From assembly GCA_049512075.1 (NCBI GenBank), contig JBEKXL010000006.1, positions 1 to 64,000 on the forward strand: a DNA stretch of 64,000 nucleotides, given 5' to 3'. This DNA is from Candidatus Bathyarchaeia archaeon (lineage in GTDB: Archaea > Thermoproteota > Bathyarchaeia > Bathyarchaeales > Bathycorpusculaceae). A program made the translations under genes and the position numbers. Under the pieces are notes generated by a model. The model saw only the letters and a program-made list of their open reading frames with translations, had not been told where the DNA came from and did not search any database. This document shows positions 59,138 to 64,000 of the stretch, piece by piece (the stretch's first letter is position 1; the number at the start of each line of letters is the position of its first letter).

Positions 59138-59512
59138 CTAACGTGTTGGAATGTCAGTTGCTCCAATCTTGCCCTTGAACTTTTCGATAAGGCGTTCGGC
59201 CCTTTGCTTCCGTTCCTCTTCTTGTTTGTAGAATTCAGTGAGATTCTCATTGTCTTGTGGAATCTCTCTTGCATAAGGCCATTTGACGTGAACCTCCGTA
59301 CCATTTTGTCTTTCCTTGAATACGAACTCTATCTCTAATGCTTTCCCAACCCATCCGGGACTGTATGCTACTAGCAAATAATGCGGTGGGACTTCCTTTT
59401 TTATCATCACGTTTTCCAAGCCCACCTCATTCAACGTCTTCTGCACCAGAGAAGAACACTCTTCGATAGGTGTGCTGACCAAGTATTTGCTCTCGAGGAA
59501 TTTCAGCAGCAT
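59138..59512 (-). CDS. Hypothetical protein
   Basis: 124-aa ORF with AGGAGG upstream and protein-like composition. Confidence 0.7.
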   Translation of the reverse strand: MLLKFLESKYLVSTPIEECSSLVQKTLNEVGLENVMIKKEVPPHYLLVAYSPGWVGKALEIEFVFKERQNGTEVHVKWPYAREIPQDNENLTEFYKQEEERKQRAERLIEKFKGKIGATDIPTR

Positions 59513-59766
59513 TCTAATCCTCCTACTTATGTGTCAAACTTTCTTCTCATAAGCCTTGTTCCACGTTATTCCACTAATGTTTAGAAAGCATGGCACTATG
59601 TATCAAGTCTGCGAAGTGTTGGAGCCAATCTGCTTGTGTTTTGGTCTGTTTTTTGGTTTTCTGAGCAGTTTGGCGTCTTCAATTTACCTCCTGTTGCTGT
59701 CTTTGAATATGGATTTGGGCTTCGTAATTCTTTTACCTTAGGCGTGACAGGAACGACATAGCCTTA

Positions 59767-61668
59767 ATGGTTTGCATTGGTGGGAACGGTATATCTAGAA
59801 TTGGGCACGATTCGAAGGGTCTCAGCAACGTAGTAGTGGTTATGCTAAGCCTAATCATAGTGGTCACCATCGTTGTCAATGTGATCCTGTGGAGCTATCA
59901 GATGAACCAGTTCGACCTGGAAAGAATGCATGAAGACGTCAAGATTACTGACGTTGCCCACGTCAACGGCTCCTCTTCTTGGTTTCCAACCCAGGAGGAA
60001 TTCACCGTAGACGCTGGCAACAAAGTGTCGGGCACCTACATGGACACGCAGAGCATCGACGGTTCATACGAGAGCTTTTCAGAGAGCATGACGCGTGCGG
60101 GAGGTCTGAATTGGTGGGATACGGACTATGTCTATCGCAGAAGGGTGACTATAATGAACAACGCCTCGTCAACTCTCATCATGAACTATTCGGTTTCTGT
60201 AACGTTGGACACTGCTTCGCTGGTTTCTTCCGGCAAGCTCATGCCTAGTGGCCATGACCTTAGAGTAGCCTATCAGGTGGGAAGCAGCTGGGTTGAACTT
60301 GACAGGGAAGTCGACGGCATGGACACCTCTTCAACCCAAGTCTGGTTCAAAACTCAAGCATCAATCCCGGCAAACGGCTCGGACAGCAACTACTATATGT
60401 ACTATGGAAACCCGAACGCTGGAACTCCACCCACGAACGAGAGCAACGTTTACCTATGGTTCGACGATTTCAACAGAGCAGATAAATCGGATATTACCAC
60501 AGAAGCTGCCTATCAAGTCAAGACCGGCGGCGGTACCTGGTCCATTGAAAATGGCGCACTCAAGAATGTTGGGGCTGACGGAGACCCGAACAAGTTGATA
60601 ATCACCACGCTGGGCAATGTCACTGCTGCCGTCGATATGCTCGTGAAAATCGATGTGATTTCCTTTGCCGGCGGTGACCTTAGCAGGATGGGACTATCCT
60701 CTTGCATGGACGGGAGTCCCCCTGAGGGTAGTGGATACTGCGGCTTGTTTCACAACGACAGAAACAGTCTAAATCTTCTGAATGATCTGCGCTCTTGGGG
60801 CACGCATGGAACCTACAGCTGGTCGTTGAACACCTGGTACTACATGCGATTCAGGGTTATCAACCCGTCAAGCGGGCTTGGTGAAGCTAAAGTATGGCCC
60901 GTTGGAACGATTGAACCTGACACGTGGACAGTGAATGGAAGTTTCGGAGGTGGGAGTTCCAGAGGTTACGGCGAAGTTGGGTTTGCAGGTTCGAGAACAT
61001 CCGACACGACATACTTTGACAACATACTCATCCGTTACATCGCTAGTCCAGAGCCTTCAGCCTCTCTAGGAGCAGAGGAGAGCCAATTGAACAACAAGCT
61101 TGAAATCGACGGCACTTTTCCTGTAGATGTCTCGGCATATCCTCTCAATCGCATCCAAACCTTTGAAATACTGATGACCTACAGATCCAGCGACGCAGGC
61201 GAGAAGTGGTATCTAGAAGCCTACAACTGGACATCATCAGCCTTCAGCGACGTTGGCTTCAACTCAACATCCGGCAGCCTTCCCACAACAGGATGGGACA
61301 ATTACGCCGTGAACCTGACCGACCAATGGAACAGCTACATGAGCAGCAACGGAACAGTATGGATAAAGGTGTTTGACCAAGGAACCGATGCAAACCATAC
61401 AACCATTGACATGGATTTCATAGCGGTGAGAGTGGCAACAGACGTGACAAGCTTCACCTTCGAAAACGACGGCTCCTTCACATCCCACCTCATCGCCTTG
61501 TGGATAGATAACTCGACGTTACATCAAAGATATGACATAAGCGTATACATCAATTCCGGGGACACAGTCTCAATCTCTCGTGCTGACGTAAACCTACCCG
61601 AAAAGCCCTACTCTGTCAAGGTCATCTCGGAAAGAGGAAACATCGCCGTATATTCGCCAGCTAAGTGA
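59767..61668 (+). CDS. Pilin-like adhesin with DUF2341 and lectin-like inserts
   Basis: SKG|LSNVVVVMLSLII class III signal; WWDTDYVYRRRVTI...DLRV...VWFK...YYMYYGNP (DUF2341); pilin-type end YSVKVISERGN. Confidence 0.78.
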   Translation: MVCIGGNGISRIGHDSKGLSNVVVVMLSLIIVVTIVVNVILWSYQMNQFDLERMHEDVKITDVAHVNGSSSWFPTQEEFTVDAGNKVSGTYMDTQSIDGSYESFSESMTRAGGLNWWDTDYVYRRRVTIMNNASSTLIMNYSVSVTLDTASLVSSGKLMPSGHDLRVAYQVGSSWVELDREVDGMDTSSTQVWFKTQASIPANGSDSNYYMYYGNPNAGTPPTNESNVYLWFDDFNRADKSDITTEAAYQVKTGGGTWSIENGALKNVGADGDPNKLIITTLGNVTAAVDMLVKIDVISFAGGDLSRMGLSSCMDGSPPEGSGYCGLFHNDRNSLNLLNDLRSWGTHGTYSWSLNTWYYMRFRVINPSSGLGEAKVWPVGTIEPDTWTVNGSFGGGSSRGYGEVGFAGSRTSDTTYFDNILIRYIASPEPSASLGAEESQLNNKLEIDGTFPVDVSAYPLNRIQTFEILMTYRSSDAGEKWYLEAYNWTSSAFSDVGFNSTSGSLPTTGWDNYAVNLTDQWNSYMSSNGTVWIKVFDQGTDANHTTIDMDFIAVRVATDVTSFTFENDGSFTSHLIALWIDNSTLHQRYDISVYINSGDTVSISRADVNLPEKPYSVKVISERGNIAVYSPAK

Positions 61669-61858
61669 GCCCGCGCACAGGCATTATTGAAAGTCCAAGC
61701 CCTTCGACAAGATTTCACTTAAGCCTTGTCATCAATAGGATCTAGAGCCTTGAGTCTGCCCTCAAGCCAGAATCATGACGCAGAACCGAAGCTAACGCGT
61801 TAACGCAGAAAAGGAAAATAGGAACCTCTGCAGAATGTCCTTTACCGATGGATAATGG

Positions 61859-61936
61859 GCGGTCGTAGTCTAGTTTGGTCTAGGACATCAGCCTGCCACG
61901 CTGACGACCCGGGTTCAAATCTCGGCGACCGCACCA
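61859..61936 (+). tRNA. tRNA-Gly(GCC)
   Basis: GCGGTCG/CGACCGC acceptor stem, TCAGC-CTGCCAC-GCTGA, encoded CCA, no intron. Confidence 0.95.
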
Positions 61937-62126
61937 AGGATTCTCTGTTAAGAATAAGGCGAGCTACTACATGAATTTCAATGTTCCGTGGGATGTCAGG
62001 ACTACTACCATCATGACGGAGCTTTGATTCTCAACTTATTCTAAATAAATATTTGTCGTTAGTAATTCTTATAATTCTGGAATGGGATGATTGTTTGTAA
62101 TTTGATGCACGCGAAGATACGGAGTA

Positions 62127-62627
62127 ATGGATGAATTGAGTGTCGGAAACTCTGGTGCCGGCAGGCCTTCGGTGCTGATAGTAGATGATGAAGCTGGGAT
62201 ACGGAAGCTGTTGACAACAGCGCTGAATGAAAACGGCTTCACTTCAGACTCTGCTGAAAATGGGGCTGAGGCGATCAAGAAGGCAAATGAACGGTACTAC
62301 AACCTTGCACTGATTGACATAATGTTGCCCGATATAAACGGAGTCGAACTGCTGGCTAAATTCAAGCCGACGCGTCCGCGAACCAGAAAAATCATTATGA
62401 CGGGCAATCCGTCGCTTCAAAACGCAGTTGAAGCTCTGAACAAGGGAGCGGACGCTTACATAATGAAACCGCTGGACATCGCGAAGGTCTTGGCAACTCT
62501 TGAAGAACAGCTGGACAAACAAAAGGAGCAGAAAGATACAATGTTAAAGCTGCTTGAGACTGGACGCATACGCGCACGCATTGAGCTGATAGGCAGAGAT
62601 GCTACTGAAACTCCTGACGTACGTTGA
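62127..62627 (+). CDS. Stand-alone response regulator (receiver domain plus helical tail)
   Basis: LIVDDE, LIDIMLPDING, MTG, GADAYIMKP. Confidence 0.9.
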   Translation: MDELSVGNSGAGRPSVLIVDDEAGIRKLLTTALNENGFTSDSAENGAEAIKKANERYYNLALIDIMLPDINGVELLAKFKPTRPRTRKIIMTGNPSLQNAVEALNKGADAYIMKPLDIAKVLATLEEQLDKQKEQKDTMLKLLETGRIRARIELIGRDATETPDVR

Positions 62628-62716
62628 ATGGCAACAGATTTGTCTCGTCGAAGGATCGCAAGATGTTTCTTTCATAACAGACGTGAAAATCCGCCCTAGA
62701 AAAGAGCTCTTACTCC

Positions 62717-63274
62717 TCACACACTTGGTGCCGACTGCTGTATGAAATTCGTGATGATTTCTGGGTTCAAGACTTCTGGATGAAACAAGCAACCGTAGAA
62801 TCTTCTACGCTTGTGCCTGATCATACACTTCAAGTCACCAGATTTACCCAGTGTTTCGAAGTCTTCACTTGGCTCCACGGCTTTAGAATTCAGGAAATAT
62901 GAATAGAATTCATGCTTGGATGAAAGAGTGTTCTTTTGAACAGTCCTAACCTTGTATCTGCCGATTCTTGTTCTTTCAACGATGTCGCCATCGGAGAGTC
63001 CCACGAGAATCTGCATTCCAGCGCAGATGCCGAGGATCGGCGTATGCGTTTCATTTATCCATTCGAATCTGTCAACGTTGTCCAAGTATTTGAAATCCTT
63101 CAAGGCTGTTCCGCATATGATGACTTTTTCCGCTCTTTTGATGTCCTTGTGATCCAAACTCTGGAAGTTTATGGGAAAAAAGTCTATCTTGGCCTTTTTG
63201 AGGATGTCTTCAACCGGCTTAACAAACTCGAAATAGCTGAGCTTGTCTGAACAGACGTTAACTATCAGAATCAT
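62717..63274 (-). CDS. Class I glutamine amidotransferase
   Basis: PILGICAGMQ nucleophile elbow and FHPE triad residues. Confidence 0.85.
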   Translation of the reverse strand: MILIVNVCSDKLSYFEFVKPVEDILKKAKIDFFPINFQSLDHKDIKRAEKVIICGTALKDFKYLDNVDRFEWINETHTPILGICAGMQILVGLSDGDIVERTRIGRYKVRTVQKNTLSSKHEFYSYFLNSKAVEPSEDFETLGKSGDLKCMIRHKRRRFYGCLFHPEVLNPEIITNFIQQSAPSV

Positions 63275-63951
63275 TTGTCGACCATCCTAACATCCTTTAT
63301 CCTGAATACTCCAGAGTAATCTTTGTAAGAGACATCATAATCCAAGATTTCTAGTCTTTTTTTGAAAAAGGGGGCGTCTATGACGGTTGTCTCTATTTCC
63401 CCACCCTCTCCAGCAGGGCTCAAGCCGTATTCGTCCCTCAATCTTTCGAGCTTCTGTATCATTTCACTATCCAGCTTTCTGCCAAGGAATTTCTCGTCCA
63501 ATGGATAAGCAAAAACACCTGATATGACCACCTCGTATTTGCCCTTCACGAGTTCGTTCAAAAGCTCTATTTCATCCTTCAACCAGAGTGGGTTGAAACA
63601 CCATAAACCGAGTCGTTTACAAATTCTCTGCACCCGCGTTGACTGATACATCGATTTCACAGCGCCTGTCACTATTCCTTCCAAGTCAAAATCGGCCTTG
63701 GCCGTACCAATGGCTTTTTCCAAATCCTCAAGCTCCCTCTCTTTCTTGCCCTTCGTCCTTCTTTGAACGATCGGCAATCCGATGGCTTCAGCTTGTCTTC
63801 CGGTTACTTCTATGTTGGGAACATGAAACATGTAGCTCTCCTGACTTTCAGATATCAAGCTGATCAGACAAGTCACATCATGGAAACTCCTCGATTTGTC
63901 CAACGCTAAACAGGAGTCTTTTCCACCTGAGAACAGCACTCCAACTCTCAT
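63271..63951 (-). CDS. Diphthine-ammonia ligase (Dph6/MJ0570-family ATP pyrophosphatase)
   Basis: LFSGGKDS, SYMFH, PLW, AGEGGEIET. Confidence 0.88.
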   Translation of the reverse strand: MRVGVLFSGGKDSCLALDKSRSFHDVTCLISLISESQESYMFHVPNIEVTGRQAEAIGLPIVQRRTKGKKERELEDLEKAIGTAKADFDLEGIVTGAVKSMYQSTRVQRICKRLGLWCFNPLWLKDEIELLNELVKGKYEVVISGVFAYPLDEKFLGRKLDSEMIQKLERLRDEYGLSPAGEGGEIETTVIDAPFFKKRLEILDYDVSYKDYSGVFRIKDVRMVDK

Positions 63952-64000
63952 GAAAAGTGACTAGAACACCTTGGTTTATAAAGACATTTTTCCGTTTTTG

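Noticed and set aside
59596-59682. 28-codon minus-strand ORF (MKTPNCSENQK...) behind a strong AGGAGGT
   Set aside because: No recognisable features; cannot be supported without conservation data
59002-61858. Integrated element between tRNA-Phe and tRNA-Gly
   Set aside because: No integrase and no duplicated tRNA 3' end found
1-64000. CRISPR arrays, DGR template/variable repeats, transposases, rRNA
   Set aside because: No regularly spaced repeats, reverse transcriptase, transposase or rRNA sequence seen; pilin repeats are diverged protein-level duplications

Overview
Archaeal chromosomal window, most consistent with Bathyarchaeia (TACK). Support: cdhABCDE, cofE, rpl13e, an SmAP3-type Lsm and intron-containing tRNAs. 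In order, it contains: (1) the 3' part of an ACDS/CODH (Wood-Ljungdahl) operon, a LonC-type protease, DUF166, a ferredoxin and an unannotated cooT; (2) a protease/RNA-metabolism block (presenilin homolog, archaemetzincin, beta-CASP nuclease, tgtA, M28-like peptidase, PAC2, Lsm); (3) a ~19 kb minus-strand run with glmU, glmM, a prepilin peptidase, six pilin-like genes, the TadC-like platform, an assembly ATPase and a beta-helix/PKD/Ig-repeat surface protein; (4) an S-layer-like protein and an AT-richer glycosylation island with a MITE-like inverted repeat at its left edge; (5) GGR, rpl15e, rpl13e and RNase P genes followed by a C/D-box guide sRNA; (6) three tRNAs around a candidate novel sRNA and an orphan DUF2341 pilin-adhesin; (7) a response regulator and a coupled Dph6-like/GATase pair. 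The best candidate for an undescribed system is the type IV pilus locus, with apparently leaderless minor pilins and nested ('matryoshka') adhesin pilins. No CRISPR array, transposase or integrase was seen. All family assignments come from motif recognition, not database searches.
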